Assembly: GCA_964016885.1 (NCBI GenBank)
Contig: OZ024740.1
Coordinates: 26,784,001-26,848,000 of the forward strand
Source: Eledone cirrhosa
Lineage: Eukaryota
DNA length: 64,000 nucleotides
Direction of reading: 5' to 3'
Within the stretch, counting starts at the first letter, position 1, and each line of letters begins with the position of its first letter. Below, in pieces: positions 42,807-58,529 of this stretch. A model generated the notes under the pieces. The model had not been told where the DNA came from. It saw only the letters and a program-made list of their open reading frames with translations, and did not search any database. A program made the translations under genes and the position numbers.

Positions 42807-43061
42807 ATACGATATTAACAAATGGAAACTATATTTATAAAACCATATTTATTTTATTATACATATTTCAAGGACACCACGTTAAATTATGGTGTGCTTT
42901 AATGGTTGCACTTTTTAAGGGTATGTCAATATTTATTTATAAAACTGATCTATATTGTATTTTGTCTGATGAAAGCACACCATAATTTAACGTGGTGTCC
43001 TTGAAATATGTATAATAAAATAAATATGGTTTTATAAATATAGTTTCCATTTGTTAATATC

Positions 43062-43064
<3 letters not shown>
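42807..43064. mobile_element. Inverted-repeat element with HHR
   Basis: Arms 42807-42900 / 42972-43064; CTGATGA(42966) aagcacacca..tggtgtcctt GAAA tat GTA. Confidence 0.75.
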
Positions 43065-43116
<52 letters not shown>

Positions 43117-43475
43117 TACACATACATACCTACACACATATATACATACACATACGTATGCATACATACATACGCACACACACACACATATAACTATATA
43201 TATATACATGAGAAAGAACATAAATATTATATATACAAAAAAAATAAATATTGTATATAAAAAAATATTGTATATATAAAAAAAATATTAAAATAAAAAT
43301 GAAAATAAAAAATTGGGAATACGACAAATAATAAATAAAAAAATATATATTTAGAAAAGGGTATAAATGTTTATAGCAGATTTAGAGCACTCAATAAGTT
43401 CCTGGAGCAAAAGATCAATGAAAATAAGCATTAAAACACTGTATGTAATTATGCATATACATACACCCATACATA

Positions 43476-43514
<39 letters not shown>

Positions 43515-43521
43515 TATACAT

Positions 43522-43552
<31 letters not shown>

Positions 43553-43623
43553 AAAACACAACCACAGAAATACACACACACACATACAATTACGTATATA
43601 TATATATATATATACGCACACAT

Positions 43624-43673
43624 AGGAAAACGTTTGACCCCACGGCAGAGCTCAAGCCGTTTCTGAGGCTATT
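43624..43673. mobile_element. Half-hammerhead family fragment (single arm)
   Basis: tgaccccacggcagagctcaagccgtttc..ggctatt. Confidence 0.6.
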
Positions 43674-43791
43674 ATATATATACACACACACAAAACCATT
43701 ATATAAAAAAAGACATATACACGCACAAATATACACACGCCCATACACACACATTAAATCTATATATACACACACATACATACATACACAC

Positions 43792-43857
<66 letters not shown>

Positions 43858-44004
43858 GCACAAATACAACAGAAATATATAATATACGATTATATATACA
43901 TATACATATATATACAGATAGATATAAACATACATACACACACATATATACATACACATATACATACACACACACATATACATACACATATATATATACA
44001 TATG

Positions 44005-44082
<78 letters not shown>

Positions 44083-44420
44083 ATACACATATACACATAT
44101 ACATACATATACGCAACACAAAAAAAATTAATATCTAAAAATAAAAAAGTTATGGTGTGTGAAGTGTAAGGCAAAAAAGTAGGAGGAAAAAGTGTGGGGG
44201 GGGGGGTTGAATAAATGACATAGGAAAAGGTTTAAATATAAGGGGAGATAGGGGAGAAAGAGAATACGAGAGTACAGAACGTGGATTCAGCAGGTAAAAA
44301 AACCGTAGTGGAAGTAAAGAGCAGAGTAGGAGTTCAAGGTGGTTGAGTTATCATAGGAATGTCAAACCAGTTACAGATCAGATGTGATTTCAGAGGAGGA
44401 CAACATCTGAAGTTCTCGGT

Positions 44421-44589
<169 letters not shown>

Positions 44590-45248
44590 ATGTATATATG
44601 TATGTTGTCAGGTCACCAGTTGGAGCTACTGGTAACATGTATCCCAGTACAACCTGTCCCATGGTCGGGTCGCTGGCGACTAAACTGACAACCCCACCAA
44701 GGTTTCTTGGTGAGGAGGGTGATTTTGGACATCCTGCAGGACTAAAAACAAAACTTGTCAAAGGGCAAAGGAGCACTTAAGAGTCAATGGCCATCCAAAA
44801 TCACCGGGAGAGATGACCCCTTAGCATTTGTCAAGGCAGATTTCTAGTAGAAGGAAAACTCTGATATAACACCTGCAACCCTGATGGTATCCAATGATGT
44901 TGACTTGTTCTTCTTTTTGGTAAATATCATCTTGGTTAAGAGAGTGGGACTGGCTTTGTGCAGTGCCTTTGCTCACTATAAAAGCTTCACGGCACAGGCA
45001 TTGCTTTATATCTGGAGATCGCTCTGCACTTGTCATCACATGGTACCATGAGCCCAGCATTATGTGTCAATAATTATCAAAAGTTTAGTGTTTGTACTAG
45101 AGTTTTCAAGTCGCTGGCTGGACTAAAAGTCACACACGTTCAGCGCATCTGTAGGGGTTCTCCTACATGTATATAAAGTAGTCGCCGTACTCGAAAACGA
45201 GTTGGCAGCAATCATATATGTATGTATGTATGCATATATATTTTATAA

Positions 45249-45428
45249 AGTACCGAGACTCGGCTGAGTACTTACCGTTTCAACAGTTTATTCCGGTCCT
45301 GAAATAGCTGTCGAAAGGGCAAGGTCTCAGCCGCCGAGTTTTTCTCTTATAGTAACACTGTACTAACCCAAGTATCGAGTACTCTGTTGAATAGAGGTTT
45401 TACTAGTTTAATACTGGTTTAATCCTTA
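45249..45428 (+). mobile_element. Diverged relative of the half-hammerhead hairpin family
   Basis: gtcctgaaatagctgtcgaaa..ctcagccg and tail ccaagtatcgagtactct. Confidence 0.5.
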
Positions 45429-45439
45429 TATATATATGG

Positions 45440-45630
45440 ACCTGTTATTTTTCTTTAAAAAATCTTTTCCTATAACGGCCGGCCCTTCCTCTCAATCTTT
45501 CTAATTTTTCATCCTTTATTCTGATGAAGGGCTAACGTCCGAAACGTTGAAACTCACTACCCGCTATTTCAAGCGTTAAACTAAATATTCCTTCCATATA
45601 CTGTACAGTTTGTGTTTTTAATTCTGTTTC
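45440..45630 (+). mobile_element. PLE-type 3' tail with HHR motif
   Basis: CTGATGA(45521) agggctaacgtcc GAAACGTT; homologous copy on minus strand at 12720-12890. Confidence 0.65.
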
Positions 45631-45645
45631 CTATTTACATATGTT

Positions 45646-45719
<74 letters not shown>

Positions 45720-46025
45720 AGTGTGTATATATGTGTGTGTGTGTATTTGTGTATGTGTGTGTATGTGTTAACCTGAACTTTTTGTAATATACAATATGGT
45801 ATATAGATTGTAGAGACATTATAGTGGTACGTAAACATGTATTTCAAATGACAAAATAAAGAAAATCGCTGGAAACTGTGCTGATAGGTACATGATATAA
45901 ATTGTTGTTTACATATTTAGAAGATCTAATATAATTTGATATCCTTGTGTACACCTATACATATTAGCATACACACGTGCAGACAGGCATATATACTGTG
46001 TGTGTGTATATATATATATATATAT

Positions 46026-46707
46026 ACAATATGTTGGAAAGGTAACACACAGTGCGCTATCAATAAAACAGGGAAAGAGCTCAGGATTTCTTCTCCTTTG
46101 AGCACATTATTTACAGGGAATAGCCAGGGGCTATGGCTCCGTTAATTTATCGTGATATTTTGCTCCTTATAACAGTCTTTCCTATGTCTCTGTTTGGTTG
46201 AGCACACTTCTCTGAGTGGCTTTGGGCTGCCCTTTCTAGCAGTTCGTCCCTGGGAGGCCACTGGTTCACTGCCCTTAAACACGCTGTGACTTCTCTCTCC
46301 CACGTGTAGCTGGACAGTCACTTTTGAAATTCTCTTAGTGTTGTCTGAAATGTATTGCCTTACACACGCTGATGAACCGGTGCTAATCCATTTCTTACAA
46401 CAAATTACTGGTGAAACATATCTTAGGATTGGTATCTTTGGATTTATACGTGTGTTATATAGTTATAAAGATATTTATTTACGCTTTAATTTATATTTTT
46501 AATTATCGTGTCTATAGTCTGCCTTTCATAGGTTAAAGATTCCATGCACTGGTGGTTTTTTCCACTGTTTTATTGATAGCGCACTGTATATCTCTCTCTG
46601 GTGTGTTACCTTTTCAACATATTGTATTTTAAATAGCTCAGGATTTCTTCTCCTTTGAGCATATTATTTACAGGGAATAGCGAGGGCCTATGGCTCCGTT
46701 AATTTAT

Positions 46708-46715
<8 letters not shown>
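46026..46715 (+). mobile_element. Retrozyme-like element: 557 bp period direct repeats, central HHR, 5' inverted extension
   Basis: 46078-46158 repeats at 46635-46715; HHR cacacg CTGATGA(46369) accggt..actggt GAAACATATC..GATTTATA cgtgtg; 46026-46075 inverts 46558-46625; (TA)n both sides. Confidence 0.8.
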
Positions 46716-46748
<33 letters not shown>

Positions 46749-46751
<3 letters not shown>

Positions 46752-46919
46752 CGAAGGAAATGTGGTAATGAACCAGGTGGACCATAATGCACCAAAGTAC
46801 TCAATACTTAGGGTAGTAGAGTGGGTAATAGGAACGAGTATGACCCCGACGGCTAATTCTGTCCAGAATTAGCAGTCGAAACGGCTTGAGCTCAGCCGTC
46901 GGGGTCCTACTCGTTCCTA
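46749..46919 (-). mobile_element. Half-hammerhead hairpin family copy
   Basis: Reverse orientation; gtcGAAACGGCttgagctcaGCCGTCgggg at 46875-46904; in (TA)n. Confidence 0.78.
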
Positions 46920-47208
46920 TATATATAATTTATAGAGAGAGAGAGAGAGAGTGAGAGAGTGAGAGAGGGAGACATATACACCTGCATATAAACTTATATA
47001 CATACATATATACATACACGTATACATAGATCTGTATAGTTTTATATATACTATATTCATATATATATTGTGCGTGTATGTGTGTATCTGTATAATAGAC
47101 TTGTTTCCAATTTCGGGACAGTCTGTGTTTCTACCGGGGGGAAATTTGGAAGAAAACTTTAAGTTCTTACATACGTACATATATACATATATATACACAT
47201 ATAAATAC

Positions 47209-47268
<60 letters not shown>

Positions 47269-47272
<4 letters not shown>

Positions 47273-47384
47273 TTAATATAGATGAGATTCTACAGGACTA
47301 GAACTGTTTCATTCATTAGAAATCATATGATTTCTAATGAATGAAACAGTTCTAGTCCTGTAGAATCTCATCTATATTAAAACT
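47269..47384. repeat. 116 bp perfect palindrome centred within a truncated HHR core
   Basis: Centre CAT|ATG; each arm reads ATGA tttctaatgaat GAAACAG ttctagtc CTGTA gaatc. Confidence 0.85.
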
Positions 47385-47450
47385 GTTATACTCTGCTATG
47401 TATTGAGTACCTTACTTACTGTGGTTACCTCCGATTCAACCCGGAATAAC

Positions 47451-47568
<118 letters not shown>

Positions 47569-47701
47569 GAAAAAGTGTGACCCCGACGGCAGAACTGTAG
47601 CCGTCGGGGTCATACTTGTTCCTATTTCCCACTCTACTACCCTAAGTATTGAGTACTCTAGTGCGTTATGGTCCATCAGGTTCCTTACCACAATTCCTTT
47701 G

Positions 47702-47703
<2 letters not shown>
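47569..47703 (+). mobile_element. Half-hammerhead hairpin family copy (shortened hairpin)
   Basis: tgaccccgacggc agaactgta gccgtcggggtca plus shared tail; in (TA)n. Confidence 0.78.
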
Positions 47704-47750
<47 letters not shown>

Positions 47751-47773
47751 CGTACATACATACGTACATATAT

Positions 47774-47809
<36 letters not shown>

Positions 47810-48447
47810 ACAATCGTAGATACGTACATATACACATATATATATACATACATATATAAATAAATACATCCATACATACACATATTTATATAATACATAC
47901 GTACGTACATACATACTTACACACATACATACTTATGTCACATGCACACACTCATACATACATACATACACATACACATACACATACACATACATACATA
48001 CACACAGACATACATACATACACACACACACATATACATACATATATACATACTTATGCCACATAAATGTATACACACACACACACGCACATATTTACAT
48101 ACATACACACACACACACACGCGCGCACACATATACATACATACATACACATACACACATGTACACGTACGGAGGAGTAGTGTGAGAAAAGGAAGGTTAA
48201 GTAAATGTTAGATAGGGGAAGACGGGAGTTGAAGATCTAGTTCTCTGGAAGGGCTAGGGAGGGGGTTATTATGTAATGTGTTGAACTGGGGGTCAACATT
48301 CGAGCTCTCGGCTTAAACGTACAAAAACAGAGAGGGGTCAGTCAGATTGACTGAACTATGTACACATTCACAGCCATGACGATGATCATGATTCTGTTGA
48401 TCCTTCTCATCAACATCATCATCATCAACCTCATTATTATTAGCATA

Positions 48448-48615
48448 GGGTGGTGGATTGGCTGTATCGGCGGAGTCGGACGCCAAACTTTGCAGCATAG
48501 AGTTCAAATCCAGCCGAGGTTAACTTTGCTTTCATCCTTTCGGGTTCGATAAAATAAAGTACCAGTAATCTACTGGGTTATTGCTAGCCTTGTGCCAAAA
48601 GTAGAAACAATTATT
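48448..48615 (+). mobile_element. SINE family A copy
   Basis: ggtggtggattggctgtatcgg..gagttcaaatcc..ccgaggttaacttt..aagtaccag. Confidence 0.8.
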
Positions 48616-49597
48616 CTGTAGTTGCTGAGCTTGTGTAATATTTTATACATATTTAAATTCGTTTAGGCGCCAGCAAATTCGATCGTTTTTAAATTCTTTC
48701 CTCTCGATCTACGATATGCTTCGCAGTTTCAGCCTGTACTTATCCAGATCACTAGATACCCTTATTTCTCGCCTGTCTGTCGTCACGCTCCCGTTTTCTT
48801 GTCTACTAAAAGCTACATTAGGATCCCGATTATCGGACGCTTAAAAATACCTTTCAACTATGGTTTTGTTAAAATGGTTCCTATAATGAGATTATTTATT
48901 TTTAAAGGGACTCCATGTTTGTTCACTCTCTCTAACTGCGAGTTCCTTAGTGTGATCTGTATTCATTAATCTTTGAAAATTTCGAATGTGTCCCGCTTTT
49001 AAAATAATTGTTTCTACTTTTGGCACAAGACAAGCAATGTTATCAGTGTATTACTGGTATCGACCCCGTAAGGATGAAAGGCAAAGTTAACCTCGGCGGG
49101 ATTTGAACTCAGAGGTTAAATTTTAAAATAATAGGTGATAGCAGGCATCACCACTGTTCGACGTTGAAGAAGGGAACTTTGTTTATAAGGATATCGATCT
49201 CGATGAGAACTTCCTAAGGATTTATAATATTCAATTATAATTTATACAATTCAATTATAATTTATAATATTCAATTTATAATAATCAATTTAGTATGATG
49301 CGGCTGATGATGATGATTGGTGTCACAGAAGATTCGTCCTCAATGTTCTATAGTACGCGATCTGTCGTTCTGGTCCTTCTTCAAAGGTCATAGCTAACTG
49401 TCACTGATATAAGTTCAAATGAAAGTACTTGTATGTACTCCTACGAATGGCGGACAATCTTCAATCTATGTAAAATCCAAAACTGTCAGAATACCTCTCT
49501 CTATATATATCTATATTTTCTATATAACCACTACATCTGAGTGTTCATACACACATGATTAAATCAACCTCAGTATTTGACTAGAACTATTCAACAG

Positions 49598-49733
49598 AAT
49601 TCGTAATGTAATCGGCTTGTCTCCCCACAGGCCGGTGGACAGAATAGAGAGCGTTTCCCCGGAGGACGGCAAGGGAGACGCGCTGGAAAAGCCACTCCAA
49701 CTCTCGGTGCTCACACCTGCGGCTGGCCCTTTG
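49598..49733 (+). CDS. Candidate internal exon of an unidentified host gene
   Basis: Acceptor ttcaacag, donor TTG|gtatgt, GC-richer unique open frame IRNVIGLSPHRPVDRIESVSPEDGKGDALEKPLQLSVLTPAAGPL. Confidence 0.45.
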
Positions 49734-50197
49734 GTATGTGTTCCAACTTTGCAATATGTGGATTTAATGAATTCATTAGCGATACCCAACAATCTTTCAA
49801 ATATGACACTGGTTTAATACGAAAAAGACTGGGTGGTACGCCAGTTTCCTCTTTCATACAAAGCTGTGCTAAACTGGTGAAATTGTTGCAACGTTATATT
49901 GCAATATAGGTTCAACATAGAACTCCAGATAATGGCACTACTTACGATAATGGCAGTTTCCATCAGGTTGAGAAAATTAGTAGAGTGGGTTGTTCTGGAG
50001 TTTTATTGTTCATTTATCTGAGAACAGACAGTCTTACGTTTTGGGTAGTTTTATTTTCCAATAACCTATCTCAATCCACTTTCAGGATTAAGGTACACAT
50101 CTGTTTTCCTCGTCCTTATACTAGAGTTTATATGGAAATAATATATACATCAACACAACCATGCGTACACACTCTCACAACAAAGATATATATACAG

Positions 50198-50252
<55 letters not shown>

Positions 50253-50259
50253 CATACAT

Positions 50260-50457
<198 letters not shown>

Positions 50458-50632
50458 ATATACCATATACACACATATATATATACATATGCATATATAT
50501 ATATATGTTCGTTAATACTCATCTTTTTCCATTTTCTCACAGGGTTCTAAACTCCACTATCAGTCAAAAAATACGGTGAAAGCTTCTATTTTCTAATTTC
50601 AAATTTGCTCGCTGTTTCAAAACATACTTACT

Positions 50633-50750
<118 letters not shown>

Positions 50751-50984
50751 GAGTGTGTGTGTGTATGTGTGTGTGTGTGCGTGTGTGTGTGTGTGTATAT
50801 ACCATATAATCAAAAGTATATATGTAGATGCGACTACCATATATTCTACAATAAATCCAATAGGGTATCTCCTTCGACCGCATCATGAATTTTTTCAGTC
50901 TATCTATATATGCCAATTGATTCGATATGGACAATTTTATAGTAGGCAGAACAACAACAACCGCACACTACGTCACGTTATGTC

Positions 50985-51280
50985 TCACCACCACTGTTGC
51001 CTTATTTCTATGTATACCACCACCACCACCACTGCTGCCTTATTTCTATGTATACCACAACCACCACCACTGTTGCCTTATTTCTATGTATACCACCACC
51101 ACCACCACTGCTGCTTATTTCTATGTATACCACCACCACCACTGTTGCCTTATTTCTATGTATACCGCCACCACCACCACTCTTGCCTTATTCCTATGTA
51201 TACCACCACCACCACCACTGTTGCCTTATTCCTATGTATACCACCATCACCACCACTGCTGCCTTATTTCTATGTATATC
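50985..51280. repeat. Minisatellite, ~35 bp unit
   Basis: (cac)n tgttgccttatttctatgtatac. Confidence 0.9.
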
Positions 51281-52109
51281 TCCACAACACCATCACCCAA
51301 AATATATCGATTTATGCTGGCGGTGAGGGTAGTGTTGATCGTCTTGCTGATTGTTGCGGCGGCTGTGGTGGCGATGATGGTGGTGGTGGTGGTGGTGGTG
51401 ACTGTGGTAGTAGTGATGGTGTTTGGTGGGTGGGGGGGGTAGTGGTGTTGCTGGTGGTGGCTGTGGTGGTAGTAGTGACTGTGTGGTGGTGGTGGAGGTG
51501 GTGGTGTTGGTGGTAGCCACGGTGGTGGTGTTGGTGGTAGCGTCGGTGGTGGTGGTGGTCGCAGTGGTGGGCTGGGTAGTCTGGTGGGGGCGGAGTGGTA
51601 GTGTGTTGTAGGTGGTGGTATTTGTGGTGGTGGTAGTTGATGTTGGTAGTAGTGGTGGTGGTGGAGGTTGCGGTGGTAGTGATAGAGGTGGTGGTGGTGG
51701 TGGTAGTAGTAGTGGTTGTGGTGGGGGTGGTAGTAGTGTTGTAGGTGGTGGTAGTAGTGGTGGTGGTAGTAGTGAGGGTGTTTGTAGCCGAGATTACAAG
51801 AAATTTCATCTCGGTAATTGTAGCGTAAATTGCAAGTTGTTGCTGTTTGTTTCTTGTGGTTTGTGGTTTAGTTGCGTTTTTCTGACTTGTCTACTGATTT
51901 TTGTTGTTGTTATTAGTTTTTGTTATTAATGGTAGTGTCGGAGTGGGGCGTGGTTGTTGTAGTTTTTACTAATGGTGATTCTGCTGGTTTCGGTACTAGA
52001 AATACTTTTATGGAACAAATATCGATGCTATATTGAAGTGCAATATTTTCTATTGATGTCTTCATGTATGTATATTCATCTCTGCCTATGTGCACGTGAT
52101 TGTGTATAA

Positions 52110-52169
<60 letters not shown>

Positions 52170-52830
52170 TTGTGTGTGTGTGGTGTAATATTAAAGAGAG
52201 ACATTGTTATACATATGAAGACAGCTCAGTAAGTCTAGTACGTTACACACTTTTATGCTACTACTTAAATCTTTCAAGACTTTAGCAGAATATATTTACT
52301 TTATATTCAGACCAGACCAGACTATTTCTTGGTTCTTGGGATCACTGCCCCGACAATATTTTTCCTATAGACATTAACCTACAGATGGCGCGACTAGGCT
52401 ATATCAATCTCTCCAGAAATACTTTCTCTATAATATACAATGGTATGGTATATATAATTATATTATGTGGGATATAACTAAATTTCTTTCGTGAACTATC
52501 AATTCTTGATAGAATCCCCTGGTCTTGATTGTAACAAGCAATGTGTCTTGGGTGTTTTAAACCATCACCAAATCACTTTATAGATGTCAGATCACAGCTA
52601 ATTAATGTCAGAACAAAGAAGAAGAAGAAGAAGAAGAAGAAGAAGAAGAAGAAGAAGAAGAAGAAGAAGAAGAAGAAGAAGAAGAAGAACAACAACAACA
52701 ACAACAACAACAGCAACAAAAATAATATCAACAACAACAAAAGCAACGACACCAATGAAAATAACAACTACTACTTCTACTACTTGCTGTGCTACTACTA
52801 CTACTACTATTACTACTACTACTACTACTC

Positions 52831-52883
<53 letters not shown>

Positions 52884-53006
52884 GATACTACTACTACTAC
52901 TCCTAATACAACAACAACTACTGATACTACTACTCCTGATACTACTACTACTACTACTACTACTACTCCTGATACTGCTACTACTACTACTACTACCACA
53001 TATTTA

Positions 53007-53038
<32 letters not shown>

Positions 53039-53063
53039 CTAACACCATTACTACTACTACTAT

Positions 53064-53132
<69 letters not shown>

Positions 53133-54072
53133 AACTTCTACTACTCCATTATAGGACTGATGCTTTATATATCAGCCTTTAAATGAGGAAAAAAAGCTAG
53201 GCCACGGCTAGAATTGAAATCAGAATGAAGAAAGCCAGAAGGAATAGTGGTTTCTTACATAGGCACAAGGCCAGCAATTTTGGGGGAGGAGAAAGTCGAT
53301 TAAATCGACCCAGTACGTGACTGGTACTTTATTTTATCGACCCGATAAGGATGCAGGGCAAAGTTAACCTCGAATAGTGCATGGTATTCTCTTCTGCATT
53401 CTAACAGCCCAGTGTTATTATAATATTATTATAATAACAAACGAAATGCTGTAAAGTCACATTTTAAATCAGGAATAAATATAGCTTCAATATTGTAGTA
53501 GTGATGGCTAAGTGTGTAGGGGGTGGATATAGTGAGCAAGGAGATGCTGGGATATTTGTGGGACATATGTTAAACTTATATTGGTATATGAATGGTTATT
53601 GTAAAGGATATCTGAGTGAAGATATTTAAATTGTTCACATTGGCAATGAAGCATAGTTATGTCCGTGATGGGCTATACATGTTACATATACGAGTAAGTG
53701 GTTGAATATTCCATAGACGTGATCACTGTTAACAAGATTTCCATATAAAAAAAAAACGTTTGAAAGGGTTTCGGCAGTTTCTATCGAACCTATTTCACTC
53801 ACGAGGTTTGGATGGGCCGACGGTTATGGCAAAGGAATCCACGCAGGGAGAGTGACCAAAGTAATTGTAAAGTGAACGTCTTGCCCTCTCAGTCACCGCA
53901 CACATGCACGTGATAAGACAACCATAGACCAACTGCTTCCTTTTGTTTAAATGTTTATATGTTTATATATCCAATGTCTAAATTTATAGAAGCAGTCTCA
54001 GTATGAATTGTAATAACATTTTCTATTTCTATATTTAACCAAGTGAATTTAATTGAATTCCAGCCTATTGAA

Positions 54073-54265
54073 CCCCACCTCCGCCTTCACCACCCCACAT
54101 CCACCTTCACCACCCCACCTTCACCATAACCACCCCACCTTCACCATCATCACCTCACCTTAAACTTCACCACACCAGCTTCACCTTCACCACCCCACCT
54201 CCACCTTCACCACCTCACCCTCAACTTCACCACACCACCTCTAACTTCACCACCCCACCTCCACC
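54073..54265. repeat. C-rich minisatellite, ~20 bp unit
   Basis: caccccacctccaccttcac. Confidence 0.85.
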
Positions 54266-55044
54266 GGGATTTGAACTCATAACGCAATGGGCCTTAACTG
54301 TATGTCCGAAAATATGTTGCCCGAACCCCGACCGATACTGCCAACTCAGCGGCCTACCCTTTACAAGAATAATAGTAATCATTATATAGTAGATCTAGGT
54401 TTACATTGAGGATATTAAAGACTACAGAGAAGAGGGATAAAACTGATGATAACTCCCTAAAGAGAGACTACCCATACAATAATTAGACCAAGGGTGCTGA
54501 AGTTTAGGGATCTGATAAAATTTATCCTCACTACGATTCAACAAAGGAAGTTGGTCAAAGTGAATACTGACCTGCATTAACAATTTCTTTCATTAAGGAT
54601 TTTAACTGTAACGTGCTATTAAGTTAGACATGGTCTGGGCCAATACTGGCCGAAACCTATCAAAGTTATATAGATATGGCTATGCCAATAACAGACACAC
54701 GCACACACACACAAGCTATGCACATCTACCAATTTCTTCCCTTCGGCACACACTCAAACATACCCATGTTACCACCATACCCTCCACTTTGAAACCCCAG
54801 ACTGGGCCTTTCTCCCAACTCCACCTACATATTTTCATCCTCCAAAGCCCTTTTCTTAACTTCCTTTCCTAATCTTCTCACCCCACTCAAACGTCCATCA
54901 GTTTTCTCCGTATCCGAACTTTCCTGAAGAAGGACTTCTCTCCGAGACGTTGAACCCTCCTCCACCTCCTCCAACCATAAACCTAATGTAACTGTGTAGT
55001 TTTGCATCCCTGTGATTTGATTTGTTTCATTTATTATATATATG

Positions 55045-55082
<38 letters not shown>

Positions 55083-55085
<3 letters not shown>

Positions 55086-55383
55086 GAATATAAAAGAGAA
55101 ATAAACACAGATATATATACACATATGTGTTCAAATCGTAAGGTGCCACTGATGAGCAAAGAATTGGTAATCTTCTTCATTTGCGAAACAGTTTCACCAA
55201 GTGGGTGTATGGTAGTTACCCCATATCGGTTTGTATTTATTTTCTTGATTTATTCTTTTAGATTGAGTCTGGAAAACCCTATTGGTTATAGTTAGTATTT
55301 TTTTCACTCTAGCGAACCTGGTGCCTTACGATTTCAACACACATATGTATATATCTGTGTTTATCTCTCATTTATATTCAATG
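55083..55383 (+). mobile_element. Inverted-repeat element with HHR
   Basis: Arms ~55083-55148 / 55318-55383; gcca CTGATGA(55149) gcaaa..tttgc GAAAC..cac caa gtg..GTA tggt. Confidence 0.75.
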
Positions 55384-55469
55384 ATAATATATGGCTCGTA
55401 AAAATGGCTTTCCTTGGTCCATTTAATTGTAAGAGACTATTTCGAGTTTCTAACTCAATATATACCTTT

Positions 55470-55521
<52 letters not shown>

Positions 55522-55574
55522 TATATAGATAAATAGATATAGATAGATATATATAGATAGATATATATCACCTT

Positions 55575-55843
55575 GATCACCTTCACCGATCAGTCTGTCG
55601 GGCGTCCATTCGGCGCCGCTGGTCACACCACGTCGTGCTATTTAGCCATAATATAACGCCATCCCCCTGCCTTGGCCGGCAGGCCGGTACCTCTTCATCT
55701 CATTACTAGAGCTAAGCAAACTGGAGCAACGTGAAATAAAGTGTCTTGCTCAAGGAAACAACACCAAACCCGGTCCGATAATTGTACTCACAACTTTTCG
55801 ATTGCAAGCCCAATGCTCTAACCACTAAGCCATGCGCCTTCAC
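55575..55843 (-). mobile_element. SINE family B copy with a different 3' body
   Basis: 55715-55843 matches 6695-6821. Confidence 0.7.
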
Positions 55844-56034
55844 ACAGACACACACACATATGTATGTATATATATATATATATATAATTAGCTCTCACTG
55901 ATACTTGATATATATATATATATATATCAAGAATCACTGAGAGGTAACAAAATTCAATATCAAAATATTATAATTCAGAATATATGTTTACGAGTATATA
56001 TTTCTATGTATATATAGATATATATATAGATGTA

Positions 56035-56224
<190 letters not shown>

Positions 56225-56839
56225 CGTGTGTGTATGTATGTATGCCTCTGTTTGTGTATATATGTCTGTGTATAAGTGTACAAATAAAATTATATTTTCA
56301 CCAGTATCCACACCTAACGGTCCATTTTCAACGTACAAACACACAAACATACAAATATAACAAAGGAGATTTGCTTTCTCTTCCGTAATAATTTAATGTA
56401 AAACCTATTTAAATCATTCATTTTTGTCCATTCTCGCTCCCAACATTAATATCTACGAAATTACACAGGAAACTAATCAAATCAAGTTTATAAAACCAGG
56501 ATTATTTATCCTAACTTTTCAAATCCGGATTACATTTTGAAAATTAAAAAATCCCAACAGAAGTTTCTAAATATATAGAGGAAAACTAATATAAAATAAA
56601 TATAAATTTAATACGATAATATGATAATAGTAAATTGAAATAAATTAAATCATATAACTCTTACTACTGATATAGCTTTCAGTCATATCTACTATTAACT
56701 CATTACATATGTGTGTGTGTGTGTGTAGATATATTTTATGTATGTATGTAAATATGTATATATATATATATATTGTATATATATATATATATGTATATAT
56801 ATATAAATATATATATAAACATATATATATAATACATAT

Positions 56840-56911
<72 letters not shown>

Positions 56912-57034
56912 TATATATATTGTATATGTATTATATATATATGTTTATATATATATTTATATATATATATATACATATATATGTATATATATATATATGT
57001 GTGTGTGTTTGTGCGTGTGTGTGTGTACGCGCGT

Positions 57035-57107
<73 letters not shown>

Positions 57108-57285
57108 TAATTCATACATGCAAGTATATATATGTATGTTTGTGCATATATATATATATATATATATATACAAATATATATACATATATGTATATATATA
57201 TTTATATATATGTATAATATATATAAATATTCATATATTCATATGTGCATGTATATACAAACATATATTTGTATATATATATATG

Positions 57286-57340
<55 letters not shown>

Positions 57341-57557
57341 TTATATATATATATCTCCTCACCACACTAATGTATATCAACAGCCCGCCGCCCACTGTCG
57401 TGCGGCGCTGTAAGTATCATATCACAAATATGTCCACGTCAGTTAAATACCTATCATTATCACCAACCTTACATTTATTCTAAGAAACAAGGCAAGAAGT
57501 ACTATCATCATCATCTACGTAACTTCATCACCATCAATGTCACGTGAAATGTCAACA

Positions 57558-57614
<57 letters not shown>

Positions 57615-57703
57615 TTATATACGTAAATATATATATATATATATTTATGTATATATATATATATATGTATAAAAATATATATACATATACACACAGACAT
57701 ACA

Positions 57704-57776
<73 letters not shown>

Positions 57777-58047
57777 TGATTGAAATATAGAAATAGAATA
57801 TTATATAAATATATAATACTTTATTCCTATATTTTTACTACTTTCAGTCATTTATTTGACTGCGGGCAGGATTCAGTACCACCTCGAAAATATTTCGTCA
57901 TTTTTTTTTCCAATTTGGTCCTTATTGATCTCATGTCGGCGAACGCTTATGTTATGGAATATGAAGGCAGGCACAGATATAAACACTGACACAAACACAC
58001 ACATGCACATATACATACGTGCGCACACACGCATTCACATACACAAA

Positions 58048-58081
<34 letters not shown>

Positions 58082-58234
58082 CGATAAGTTTCTGCAGTTT
58101 CCTTTGACGAAAAATCCCGTTCAATTTATTTATTATACTGACGTTAACCGACCTGACATCCACCCAATATGCCGCGCGGTGGCACGGAAACCACACCCAC
58201 GTGTTTAAAATGCAAACTATCTAATCGACACTGC

Positions 58235-58284
<50 letters not shown>

Positions 58285-58379
58285 TTATATATAAATAAAT
58301 TTCACTGGGAACAATTTGTCAGCATTTTCTTTTCCTTTTACCAATATATCACAACTCGTGTTTTGAACCTCTATTCTTT

Positions 58380-58428
<49 letters not shown>

Positions 58429-58431
<3 letters not shown>

Positions 58432-58529
58432 AAAAAGTATGACACCGACGGCAGAGCTCGAGCCGTTTCGGCTAGTCCAGAAATAGCCGTCGAAACGGCT
58501 TGAGCTCTCCCGTCGGAGTCATACTTTTT

